Shown here in pieces: positions 49,825-58,383 of a DNA stretch of 64,000 nt (position 1 is the stretch's first letter; each line of letters starts with the position of its first letter). Source of the DNA: an uncultured Gemmatimonadales bacterium (lineage in GTDB: Bacteria > Gemmatimonadota > Gemmatimonadetes > Longimicrobiales > Longimicrobiaceae); NCBI GenBank assembly GCA_963716255.1, contig OY970303.1, positions 4,032,001 through 4,096,000 of the forward strand. Reading direction: 5' to 3'. The position numbers and the translations under genes are program-made. Below the pieces are notes generated by a model. The model was not told the origin of the DNA. It saw only the letters and a program-made list of their open reading frames with translations, and made no database searches.

Positions 49825-51142
49825 TTACTGGCACTGCATGCGCAGGTGACGATCCGTTCCTGCGCATGCAGCAAGAGTCTGCACGAAGGCTTGGGCAAGA
49901 GCATCTGCCGATTCATCCGTCTCAGGCTCAATCGATTGGCAACGAACAGAAGAAGTTAGCCCTCTTGTCGCGGTAGCTTCCATAAGCGATCTCACCTTGA
50001 CTAGGACTCCTTCCTCTCCACGTTTGGTCGCTATGTCAACCGCGAGGCGGGAGGCCAGATCCACCCGCTCAGAGTCGCCGAGAAGAGCGGATCCATACGC
50101 AAGTCTCAGGAGTGAAGAGGTCACGCAGTCGAGCGTCGGTTGGTCGTCGATGATTTGCCAGGTACCTACCCAGGCGTCAGCAAAGACATTGAGTCGGTTG
50201 GCTCCTCCCGCCGCCCAGGCGAGTTGCGAGAGAGCAAACAAGCGGTGGCTCGGATGGGTCAGTAACCGGACAAGCACTTCGAGTACGGGGAGGGCCCGCG
50301 CATACTCTCCTAACAGCACCCAAAAGCCGGCAACATCATGGGCAAGGGTGATGCGACCCGAATGGGAGCGGGGATAGGCGCGGAAAGCTTTCTTCGCAAA
50401 ATCTAGGGCGTCGCTTACCTGATTCGTCTCTGCTGCAACAACGAAGAGGTTGTGGAGAGCTTCCGCCCGTAGGTTCCTGATCCCGGCTCTCCGCGCCGCC
50501 CTGAACGTCCGAAGGAATGCCTCTCTGGCTCTCGGGTAGTCGTTACGAACGATGAAGAGGTCACCCAGGCCCATGTAGGCGCGCGCGTAGACCTGCGCGT
50601 CCCGTCGCCTGCGGGCGAGCCCGATGGCCCGGCGGTACCATGTCTCCGCGCGGATGTAGTCGGCGTTCCTGCGGCAGAGCAGCCCCACGGTGTAGGCGTT
50701 CTCCGCGCTCTCGGGAGCGGCGAGCGCCGCGGCCTGGCCATACCAGATGGAGGTCCGCGGCAGCAGACGCTCCTCCGCCCAGAAGGCCAGCTTGCGGCAC
50801 ACCCTCGCGACGGCCTGCCTGTCCGGCTGCCCCTCGGCGTCCAGCACGCCGGCCAGCAGCACCAGCATCCCGCGGGCGTCCGGGTCCAGCTCCACGGCGT
50901 GCAGCGCCGCCACCCGCTCCTCGTGGGCGCGGTGGCCGAAGAGGCGCGGGCGGTTCGCCGGGGCGGTCGTCGCCCACAGCACCACGTCGCGGACCCCTTC
51001 CCACAGGACGACGCCCAGCGGCGAGCGGACCTCGTCCAGAACGTGGTTGACCGTCGAAGGGCTCGCCCGAGCGGAGGAGCGCGGGCGGGACCACGTAGGG
51101 GCGGCCGGCCCGGCCCGGCGCAGGGGGCTCCCGTCTGGGCAT
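49825..51142 (-). CDS. TPR-repeat protein, with a +1 frameshift near 51050
   Basis: MPRREPP...VVPPALLRSGEPFDG continues in the next frame as NHVLDEVRSPLGVVLWEGVRDVVLWA. Helical TPR motifs AETWYRRAIGLARR, AYMGLGDL, AEALHNLF and LAHDVA. The total length of 1318 nt is 3n+1. Confidence 0.75.
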
Positions 51143-51368
51143 GCGCAGCTCCGTGCGATGGGGTGCAGGCCGCGGGCGGATGAACGTGGACGGCAGCGGC
51201 CCAGGCCGCGCCTGGAGAAGTGTCCACGAACCCAGACGCTATTTACACGCCCATCCTTTGCAGGTCAACGCGTCGCGCCCGAAGAGGACACGGGCGCACC
51301 AGCTGTCTGCGACGTGGCGTAAAAGGAGTCGGCATCCGCCGTGAACACGGCCCGGCCCCGGGAGCCGC

Positions 51369-52697
51369 TCACATGGGCAGGACGAGCCGCGCCCGCACGC
51401 CCCGCGCGCCCTCCCGGTTCTCCAGCGTCAGCGTGCCCCCGTGTCCCTCGGCGATCTGGCGGCTGAGCACCAGGCCGATCCCCGTGCCGCTGGGCTTGGT
51501 GGTGAAGAAGGGGACGAACAGGTTGGAGGTTTCCGCGAGCCCCGGCCCCTCGTCGTCCACCCACACCTCCAGCCGCGCGCCCTCCTCGCGCCACCCCACC
51601 GCCACCCCGCCGCCCGTCTCCAGCGCCGCGTCCGCCGCGTTGCGCACCAGGTTGATGAGGAGCTGGTCCAGCTGGTCGCCGTCGGCGTTGATGGCGAGGT
51701 CGGGGCCGGGGATCACGCGCACCGGGAGGCGCGGCTCCAGCGTGGCGGCGCGGCGGATCCATTCGCCCACGTCCATGGGCGCGGGCTCGGGCGGGGGGAG
51801 GCGCGCCAGCCGCGCGTACGACGACATGAAGCGGGAGAGCGCCTCCGAGCGGCCGGCGATCACCGCCAGGCCGCTGCGCAGGTCGTCGTCCAGGTCGTCC
51901 GGGGGGGCGGGGGCGCCCAGGAGGTTCTGGAGCGTGCCCGCGATGGAGCGGATTGGGGCAAGCGAGTTGTTGATCTCGTGCGACAGGACGCGGATCAGCC
52001 GGCGCCACGCCTCGCGCTCCTCCTCGCGCGCCACGCGGCTCACGTCCGAGAGCACCAGCAGCTGGTGCTCCCGCCCGCCCTGGCGGAACGGGGCGCGGCG
52101 CACCTCCCAGCGCCCCGTCCCCCCGGGGAAGGCGCGGTCCAGCGTGCGCGGCGACTCCCCTTCCAGCGACGCGTCCAGCCCCACCTCGGAGGCGGTGCGC
52201 CCCAGGATGCGCTCGGCGGGCTGCCCCAGCAGCCGCTCCCCGGCGCGGTTGGCGAGCCGCACCCGCGCCGCGCCGTCGAAGGCGAACACCGCCACGTCGA
52301 TCTCGTCCATCACGCGGCGGAGCAGGGCGGTGGCCTCCAGCGCGCGCACGCGCTGCTCGCGCAGCGTGTCCGCCAGCGCGTTCGCTTCCAGGAGCGCCAG
52401 CCCCAGCGCGTCGTCCGTGCCCGAGCCACGCGCCCGCATGGAAAAGTCGCCCTCGCGCAGGGCGGCGAGCAGGTTGGAGAGCGTCTGGAGCGGACGGATG
52501 ACCTTTTCCCGCAGCGCCAGCCCGAACCCCAACCACCCCGCCGCCACGAACAGCGTCAGCGTCCAGCGGACCTTGCCGTCGTACGGCCCGTTCCAAAGCA
52601 GCAGCAGCGCGACCGCCGCGCCGGGGAGCCCGGTGAGGAAGGCCAGGCGGAGGACCTGGAGGTGGTGGCTGAGCGGTCGCCTCCGGCGGGAGGTCAC
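51369..52697 (-). CDS. Sensor histidine kinase (NtrY-like, TM-HAMP-PAS-HisKA-HATPase)
   Basis: LSHEINNSLAP, NLVRNAADA, DEGPG and PFFTTKPSGTGIGL. Confidence 0.95.
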   Translation of the reverse strand: MTSRRRRPLSHHLQVLRLAFLTGLPGAAVALLLLWNGPYDGKVRWTLTLFVAAGWLGFGLALREKVIRPLQTLSNLLAALREGDFSMRARGSGTDDALGLALLEANALADTLREQRVRALEATALLRRVMDEIDVAVFAFDGAARVRLANRAGERLLGQPAERILGRTASEVGLDASLEGESPRTLDRAFPGGTGRWEVRRAPFRQGGREHQLLVLSDVSRVAREEEREAWRRLIRVLSHEINNSLAPIRSIAGTLQNLLGAPAPPDDLDDDLRSGLAVIAGRSEALSRFMSSYARLARLPPPEPAPMDVGEWIRRAATLEPRLPVRVIPGPDLAINADGDQLDQLLINLVRNAADAALETGGGVAVGWREEGARLEVWVDDEGPGLAETSNLFVPFFTTKPSGTGIGLVLSRQIAEGHGGTLTLENREGARGVRARLVLPM

Positions 52698-52706
52698 GAG
52701 AGGGAA

Positions 52707-52919
52707 CAGGGTTCATCCGGTGCACGCGCAGCGCGCAGCGCCACAGGGAACAGGGAACAGCCTGCAACTGCGGACCCCCTCCCCCGGACACGGCGGCCCT
52801 CACCCGGCGGCCTTAGAGCCGCCACCCTCTCCCAATTCTGGGAGAGGGGATGAACTGCGGGAGCCTGATGAAGTTCCCCCCTCTCCCGCTTGCGGAGGAG
52901 GGGGCTGGGGGGAGGGGGC
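52707..52919 (+). repeat. Cluster of family 4, 3b and 3a repeats
   Basis: 52707-52768 (family 4), 52797-52849 (family 3b), 52876-52919 (family 3a). Confidence 0.8.
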
Positions 52920-52921
52920 CC

Positions 52922-53049
52922 GCGTGAGGGATTTCGGCCCGGAGGGGCGAGACCCGGCGGCCGTTTGCCGGGGCTCGACTCCGTTGGGCTGCGTTGTTTG
53001 CAGCCCTACGGAGCCGAAGCCCGACCCCGGCGCAGCCGGGGTCACGCCC
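52922..53049 (+). repeat. Family 1 repeat, copy 7
   Basis: Alignment to the other copies. Loop variants cGGAg and cGCAg. Confidence 0.95.
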
Positions 53050-53075
53050 AAAACAGCGGCTCAGCCGTAAAAACC

Positions 53076-54458
53076 TCACAGCCCGTGGCGCTGCAAACGA
53101 CGGTAGAGCGCGCTCCGGCTCAGCCCCAGCGCCTCCGCCGCGTGGCTGACGTTGCCGTTGTGGCGCTCCAGCGCCTTGCGGATCAGCACCCGCTCCACCT
53201 CCTCCAGCGGCATCTCCTCCAGCGTCCCCGCGCCGCCGCCCGCCGCCGTCCGGCGCCCGCGCAGCGTCAGGTCCTCCGTGGCGATGAGGGTGCCCTGGGC
53301 CAGCAGCACCGCGCGCTCGATGGTGTGCTCCAGCTCGCGCACGTTCCCGGGCCAGGCGTAGGCCAGCAGCGCCTGCATGGCCTCCGGCTCGAAGCCGGTG
53401 AGGTGCTTGCGGTACGCGTCCGCCTGGCGGTGGAGGAAGAAGGTGGCCAGCAGGGGAATGTCCTCGCGCCGCTCGCGCAGGGCGGGGATGTGGATCTCCA
53501 CCGTGTTGAGGCGGAAGAGCAGGTCCTCGCGGAAGCGTCCCTCGGCCACCGCCTGGGGGAGGTCGGTGTTGGTGGCCGAGAGCACGCGCACGTCCACCTT
53601 GCGCGTGCGGGAGGTGCCCACGCGCTGGAACTCGCCCGTCTGGAGGACGCGCAGCAGCTTGGCCTGCTGCTCCGGCGGCATGGTGCCGATCTCGTCCAGG
53701 AAGAGCGTGCCGCCGTCCGCGAGCTCGAAGGCGCCCACGCGGTCGGCGCGGGCGTCGGTGAAGGCGCCCTTGACGTGCCCGAACAGCTCGCTCTCGAAGA
53801 TCCCCTCGGCGATGGCGCCGGCGTTGACGGTCACCAGGGGGCGCGGGGCGCGGCCGGAGACGGCGTGCAGCCAGCGGGCCACCACGTCCTTGCCGGTGCC
53901 GTGCTCGCCGGTGATGAGCACGTGCGCGTCCGACGGGCCGATGCGCTCCATCATGCGGAGCACCGGCTGCATGGCGCGCGACTCGGCGATCATGGCGGGG
54001 CGGCCGTCGCTGCGCAGCCGCGAGTTCTCCTGCTCCAGCCGCTGCGTGCGCCGCAGCGCGCGCCCCAGCTCCACCTGCGAGCGGAGCGTCGCCAGCAGCC
54101 GGGCGTTGTCCCAGGGCTTCTCCACGTAGTCGCGGGCGCCGCGGCGCATGGCCTCCACCGCGCCCTCCACGCTCCCCCACGCCGTCATCACCACCACCGG
54201 CAGGGTGGGGTCCAGCCCCAGCACCTCGCCGATCAGGTCCAGCCCCTCGCGGCCGGAGGTGGTGTCGCGGGCGTAGTTGAGGTCCATGAGCACCACGTCC
54301 AGCTCGCGGTCGCGCACGGCGGCCAGGATGCCCACGGGCGACGCGGCCGTCTCGATCCTGAAGCCCTCGCCCTTGAGCAGGAGGCGGAGGGCTTCCAGGA
54401 CGTCCGGCTGGTCGTCCGCGACGAGGATGCGCGGCGGGTCTGCGGTCAGGGGGTGCAT
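53076..54458 (-). CDS. Sigma54-dependent response regulator (NtrC family)
   Basis: Receiver domain, GEHGTGK, ESELFGHVKGAFTDA, WPGNVRELE and a Fis-type HTH. Confidence 0.97.
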   Translation of the reverse strand: MHPLTADPPRILVADDQPDVLEALRLLLKGEGFRIETAASPVGILAAVRDRELDVVLMDLNYARDTTSGREGLDLIGEVLGLDPTLPVVVMTAWGSVEGAVEAMRRGARDYVEKPWDNARLLATLRSQVELGRALRRTQRLEQENSRLRSDGRPAMIAESRAMQPVLRMMERIGPSDAHVLITGEHGTGKDVVARWLHAVSGRAPRPLVTVNAGAIAEGIFESELFGHVKGAFTDARADRVGAFELADGGTLFLDEIGTMPPEQQAKLLRVLQTGEFQRVGTSRTRKVDVRVLSATNTDLPQAVAEGRFREDLLFRLNTVEIHIPALRERREDIPLLATFFLHRQADAYRKHLTGFEPEAMQALLAYAWPGNVRELEHTIERAVLLAQGTLIATEDLTLRGRRTAAGGGAGTLEEMPLEEVERVLIRKALERHNGNVSHAAEALGLSRSALYRRLQRHGL

Positions 54459-54532
54459 GGCGTCAGGATGGGGCGGTCGGGCGCGATGTGCAACGGGCGA
54501 CGGGTTCCGTAACGGCTGCTAAAGGCGGGTTC

Positions 54533-54661
54533 GGGCGTGCCCCCGGCTGGCGCCGGGGTCGGGCTTCGGCTCCGTAGAGCAGCAAACAACGCTGCTCAAC
54601 GGAGTCGAGCCCCGGCAAACCGCCGCCGGGTCTCGCCCCTTCGGGCCGAAATCCCTCACGC
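54533..54661 (-). repeat. Family 1 repeat, copy 8
   Basis: Nearly identical to copy 2. Adjacent family 3a (54670-54717) and family 4 (54763-54826) copies. Confidence 0.95.
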
Positions 54662-54830
54662 GACGGCAGGCCCCCTCCCCCCGGCCCCCTCCCCCGCAAG
54701 CGGGAGAGGGGGAGCACTCCACAGCGGCCCTGCGGTGTGTAGCGTGCTTCGTACTCCAGTGACGCTGTACGCTGCGCGTGCACCGGTTGAAGCCGTTGCA
54801 GGCTGTTCCCTGTTCCCTGTTCCCTGCTGT

Positions 54831-55580
54831 TCACTCGTCCACCACCCAGCCGTCGCGCAGCTGCACGACGCGGTTGCCGTACTCGGCGTTGGTCTCCGAG
54901 TGCGTCACCTGGATGATGGTGGTGCCGGCGGCGTTGAGCGCGCGGAACAGCTCCATGATCTCGCGGCCCTGCGAGGAGTGCAGGTTGCCGGTGGGCTCGT
55001 CGGCGAGGATCACGCGCGGGCCGGCGATGGTGGCGCGGGCGATGCCCACCAGCTGCTGCTGGCCGCCGGAGAGCTGGCCCGGGTACAGGTCCTTCTTGCC
55101 CACGATGCCGAAGCGGTCCAGCGCGTCGGCGACCATGGCCTGCCGCTCGCGCCGGGGCACGTCGCGGTACGACAGGGGGATGTCCAGGTTCTCCTGCACG
55201 GTCAGGTTGTCGAGCAGGTGGTACTGCTGGAAGACGAAGCCGATGTTGGGCTTGCCGAGCGCCGCCCGCTCCTTGACGCTCATCCGGTGCACGGGCCTGC
55301 CCAGGAAGTGGAACTCGCCGGTCCACTCCCCGTCGAACATCCCCAGGATGGAGAGCAGGGTGCTCTTGCCGGCGCCGGAGGGGCCCATGATGGAGATGAA
55401 CTCGCCGGGCTGCACCTCCAGGCTCACGTGCCGCAGCACGTAGGAGCGCCCCGTGCCGGCCGGGTACGACTTCTCCAGGTCCACCAGGCGGATCAGCGGC
55501 CCGCCGGGCTCGGGGCCGGGGCGGGCCGCCGGCTCGGGGGCGCGGAAGGGGCGAAAGGACGAGAACAGGCCGGAGGACAT
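54831..55580 (-). CDS. ABC transporter ATP-binding protein (MacB/LolD-like)
   Basis: GPSGAGKS, LSGGQQQ, LADEPTGNL and VTHS. Confidence 0.92.
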   Translation of the reverse strand: MSSGLFSSFRPFRAPEPAARPGPEPGGPLIRLVDLEKSYPAGTGRSYVLRHVSLEVQPGEFISIMGPSGAGKSTLLSILGMFDGEWTGEFHFLGRPVHRMSVKERAALGKPNIGFVFQQYHLLDNLTVQENLDIPLSYRDVPRRERQAMVADALDRFGIVGKKDLYPGQLSGGQQQLVGIARATIAGPRVILADEPTGNLHSSQGREIMELFRALNAAGTTIIQVTHSETNAEYGNRVVQLRDGWVVDE

Positions 55581-55655
55581 CGGGCTCTCCTGGGTCGGTG
55601 CGCGGTGTGGCGCCCGCGTGCGCCCGGCGGGCGCGGCGCGGCGGGGGAGCACAGG

Positions 55656-55769
55656 GAAAGAGGCGTGCCCCGGAACGATAAACTCAACCTCTTGCCAGGC
55701 AAAGGGTTGAGTTTCGCGCCAGGGGCGCGCTTGTGCGGATGCGGGACTCGCCGTCCCGGAAGCGGACAC
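55656..55769 (-). promoter_or_regulatory. Putative sigma54 promoter with AT-rich palindrome and tandem enhancer sites
   Basis: GGCACGCCTCTTTC (-24/-12, imperfect -12). Palindrome AAACTCAACC...GGTTGAGTTT at 55680-55714. Two imperfect GTCCG-N4-CGGAC dyads at 55732-55747 and 55753-55769. Confidence 0.5.
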
Positions 55770-55789
55770 TTTGCGGGCGCGCGCCGCCC

Positions 55790-57469
55790 CTACTCGCGCA
55801 CGTCCGCGCTTCCCACCGCGCCGGCCACCACGCGGTCGCGCCCCTCGCTCTTGGCCCGGTAGAGCGCGCCGTCGGCGGCGTCCAGCAGCCCGTCCGCGTC
55901 CGCCAGGTCGTCACCCACGGCGATGCCGGCGCTGGCGGTGACGTGCACCGGGCCCGCGGCGCTGGGCAGGGCGAGCGCCGCCAGGTGGTCGCGAAAGCGC
56001 TCCGCGAAGGCCGTCGCGCCCTCCAGCCCCGTGTCGGGGAGGAGCACGCCGAACTCCTCGCCGCCCAGGCGGGCGGGGAGGTCCAGGTTGCGGGCGGAGT
56101 GGCGCAGGATGCGGCCCACCCGCTCCAGCACCGCGTCGCCCATGCGGTGCCCGTGCGTGTCGTTGATCCGCTTGAAGTGGTCCAGGTCGATCATCACCAC
56201 CGCCATGGAGCCGCCGGAGCGGCGCAGCCGCGCGGCCTCGCGACGCAGCGCCTCCTCGAACACGTGGCGGCGCGACAGCCCGGTCAGCGGGTCGGTGAGC
56301 GCGTTGACCTCGGCCAGCGCCCAGCGCCCCGCCGTCTCCACCCCCACCGCCACCGCGAAGGCCAGGAAGCCGATCCAGAAGAGGCCGCCCACCCCGGGAA
56401 GCACGCCGGCGGCGGGGAGCAACCCGTACTCGGTCCCCAGGTCCCAGATGACTCCGGTGGCGAAGGCCGCCGTCCCGGCCAGCAGCGTGCGCGCGTGCGG
56501 GTTGCGCATGGACCCGGCGACCACGGCGCGCGCCACGATCGCCAGCAGCCCCGCGAACACGCCCAGGTTGATGAAGTCGTGGAAGCGCGCCAGCAGCTGC
56601 AGGGGAAGGAGCGCCGCCACCGGGATGCTGGCGGCGAAGAACGCCCCCGCCCAGAGGCCCCGGCGCCCGGCCCGCAGCCCGAAGAGGCGGTCGGTGAGGG
56701 CGATGAAGACGGGGCTCGCCGCCAGCGAGGCGATCAGCCCCAGCCGGTACGGGTTGATCCAGGGGATCACCACTCCCTCGAAGGCCGGCGAGAAGGTGGC
56801 TCCGTACAGCGCGACGAGGGCGCAGAGCGCTGCGAAGTACAGGTTCTCCCGCGCGCTGCGCCGCCGCAGGAAGAACACCAGGTGGTACACGCCGATGGCC
56901 AGGAAGAAGGAGACCAGCCCCCCGATCACCGTCTCGCGCGGCGGGGCCTGCGCCACCAGCACGTCGTAGCGCCCCACCCGTGCGCCCCCCATCATCCCGC
57001 CGTACGCGTAGGCGTTGTACACCCGCACCGCCACCTCGTGGGGGCGCCCGGGGCGGGCCTCCAGCGCCTCCGCCGGGACCACGAACAGGGCGGGGTGGAT
57101 CCCCTCGACGAAGCGCGGCGGAAAGGCGCCGCGCCCGCCCAGGCGCACGCCGTTCCAGTAGACCTCGTAGGCGTCGCCCACCGTGCCCAGCTGCAGTCCC
57201 AGGGGCCCGCGCGCCAGGGCGGGAGGAAGGACGACTTCGCGCCGGTACCACCCCCAGCCGTCGTGGTCGGGGGCCAGGACCTCCCACTCGGAGGGGATGC
57301 GCGCCGTCGCCCAGCCGCGGTCGTCCAGGCCGGGAGCCGCCCACGCCGGGTCGTCGCCCGTGCGGAAGTGCCACTCGCCGTTCAGGGTGAGCGGCGGCGG
57401 GGCGGGGTCTGCGGCGGGGAGCGGGGGGGCGGCCAGAAGGGCCAGGCCGGCGAAGATCCAGGCGAACAA
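55790..57469 (-). CDS. Diguanylate cyclase with a sugar-binding-like periplasmic domain and 7TM region
   Basis: LNGEWHFRTGDD...GWGWYRRE, about 7 TMs, DPLTGL, DLDHFKRINDTHGH..GD, RLGGEEF and AKSEGRDR. Confidence 0.93.
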   Translation of the reverse strand: MFAWIFAGLALLAAPPLPAADPAPPPLTLNGEWHFRTGDDPAWAAPGLDDRGWATARIPSEWEVLAPDHDGWGWYRREVVLPPALARGPLGLQLGTVGDAYEVYWNGVRLGGRGAFPPRFVEGIHPALFVVPAEALEARPGRPHEVAVRVYNAYAYGGMMGGARVGRYDVLVAQAPPRETVIGGLVSFFLAIGVYHLVFFLRRRSARENLYFAALCALVALYGATFSPAFEGVVIPWINPYRLGLIASLAASPVFIALTDRLFGLRAGRRGLWAGAFFAASIPVAALLPLQLLARFHDFINLGVFAGLLAIVARAVVAGSMRNPHARTLLAGTAAFATGVIWDLGTEYGLLPAAGVLPGVGGLFWIGFLAFAVAVGVETAGRWALAEVNALTDPLTGLSRRHVFEEALRREAARLRRSGGSMAVVMIDLDHFKRINDTHGHRMGDAVLERVGRILRHSARNLDLPARLGGEEFGVLLPDTGLEGATAFAERFRDHLAALALPSAAGPVHVTASAGIAVGDDLADADGLLDAADGALYRAKSEGRDRVVAGAVGSADVRE

Positions 57470-57502
57470 GGGTCACCGCGAAGGAGTGAGAGGACTACGT
57501 GC

Positions 57503-57612
57503 AGGATAAAACACGACTGAATGTGGGTCAAGGATCTTCCCCCGCACCGGGAACGCTCCTTGCGCGGAACCACTTGCGCGCGCTTGCCGCGGCCCGGGGG
57601 CGGCGCTACGTT
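57503..57612. promoter_or_regulatory. Divergent sigma70 promoters (cyclase and FHA gene)
   Basis: Minus strand TTGACC-N17-TATCCT (57531-57503). Plus strand TTGCCG-N17-TACGTT (57584-57612). Confidence 0.55.
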
Positions 57613-57657
57613 CCGCCCTCCAGTGGCAGGACAACCGTTTGGAGGAGGAAGACCCGC

Positions 57658-58383
57658 ATGGAGATCACCCCGCTCGGCGACCGCTCCGGGGCGCTCGCCG
57701 CGTTCGGGATCCAGTCCGGCCCGCAGGCCGGCAAGGAGGTCCCCGTCCGGCTCCCCGTGGTCCGCATCGGGCGGGCGGCGGGGAACGACGTCGTGATCCC
57801 CGACGACTCGGTGTCCGCGACCCACGCGCGCCTGGAGTTCGACCAGGGCGCCTGGCGCCTCACCGACCTGGAGTCCACCAACGGCACCTACGTGGAGGGA
57901 GTCCGCCTGGCCCCGCAGGTGCCCACGCCGCTGGGATACGGGTCGTCGGTGCGCTTCGGCGGGATCCCGCTGCACTTCCGCGCCGTGGAGACCGCGGACC
58001 CCGCCGCGGCGCGCGCGGAGTACGTGGAGCCCGAGCGCGCCCCCGGGATCCGCGAGGCCGGCAGCGGCGGGCGCCGCATCCCGGTGTGGCTGGTGCTCCT
58101 CCTGCTGGTGCTCCTGGCGGTGGCCGTGGTGCTCTTCACCACCTTCAACCCCGGCGAGGAGCCGCCCTCCGCGCCGCCGGCCCCCACCGAGCAGCCGGCT
58201 CCCGCCGCCGGTGCGGCGCCCGCGGCCGTGCCCGCCCCGACGCTCCCCGCGCCCGTGCTCGGCGCGCCGGGGACGACTCCGCAGGAGGGCGCTCCCGTTC
58301 TGCCGGACTCCGAGGTGGTGGATCCTCTGCCGCCGCAGTCGGCGGACTCCGGGGCGGCCGCGCCGGGGACCGCGGCGCCGTGA
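57658..58383 (+). CDS. FHA-domain membrane protein
   Basis: RIGRAAGNDVVIPDDSVSATHA..DLESTNGTYV, one TM and a Pro/Ala tail. Confidence 0.92.
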   Translation: MEITPLGDRSGALAAFGIQSGPQAGKEVPVRLPVVRIGRAAGNDVVIPDDSVSATHARLEFDQGAWRLTDLESTNGTYVEGVRLAPQVPTPLGYGSSVRFGGIPLHFRAVETADPAAARAEYVEPERAPGIREAGSGGRRIPVWLVLLLLVLLAVAVVLFTTFNPGEEPPSAPPAPTEQPAPAAGAAPAAVPAPTLPAPVLGAPGTTPQEGAPVLPDSEVVDPLPPQSADSGAAAPGTAAP

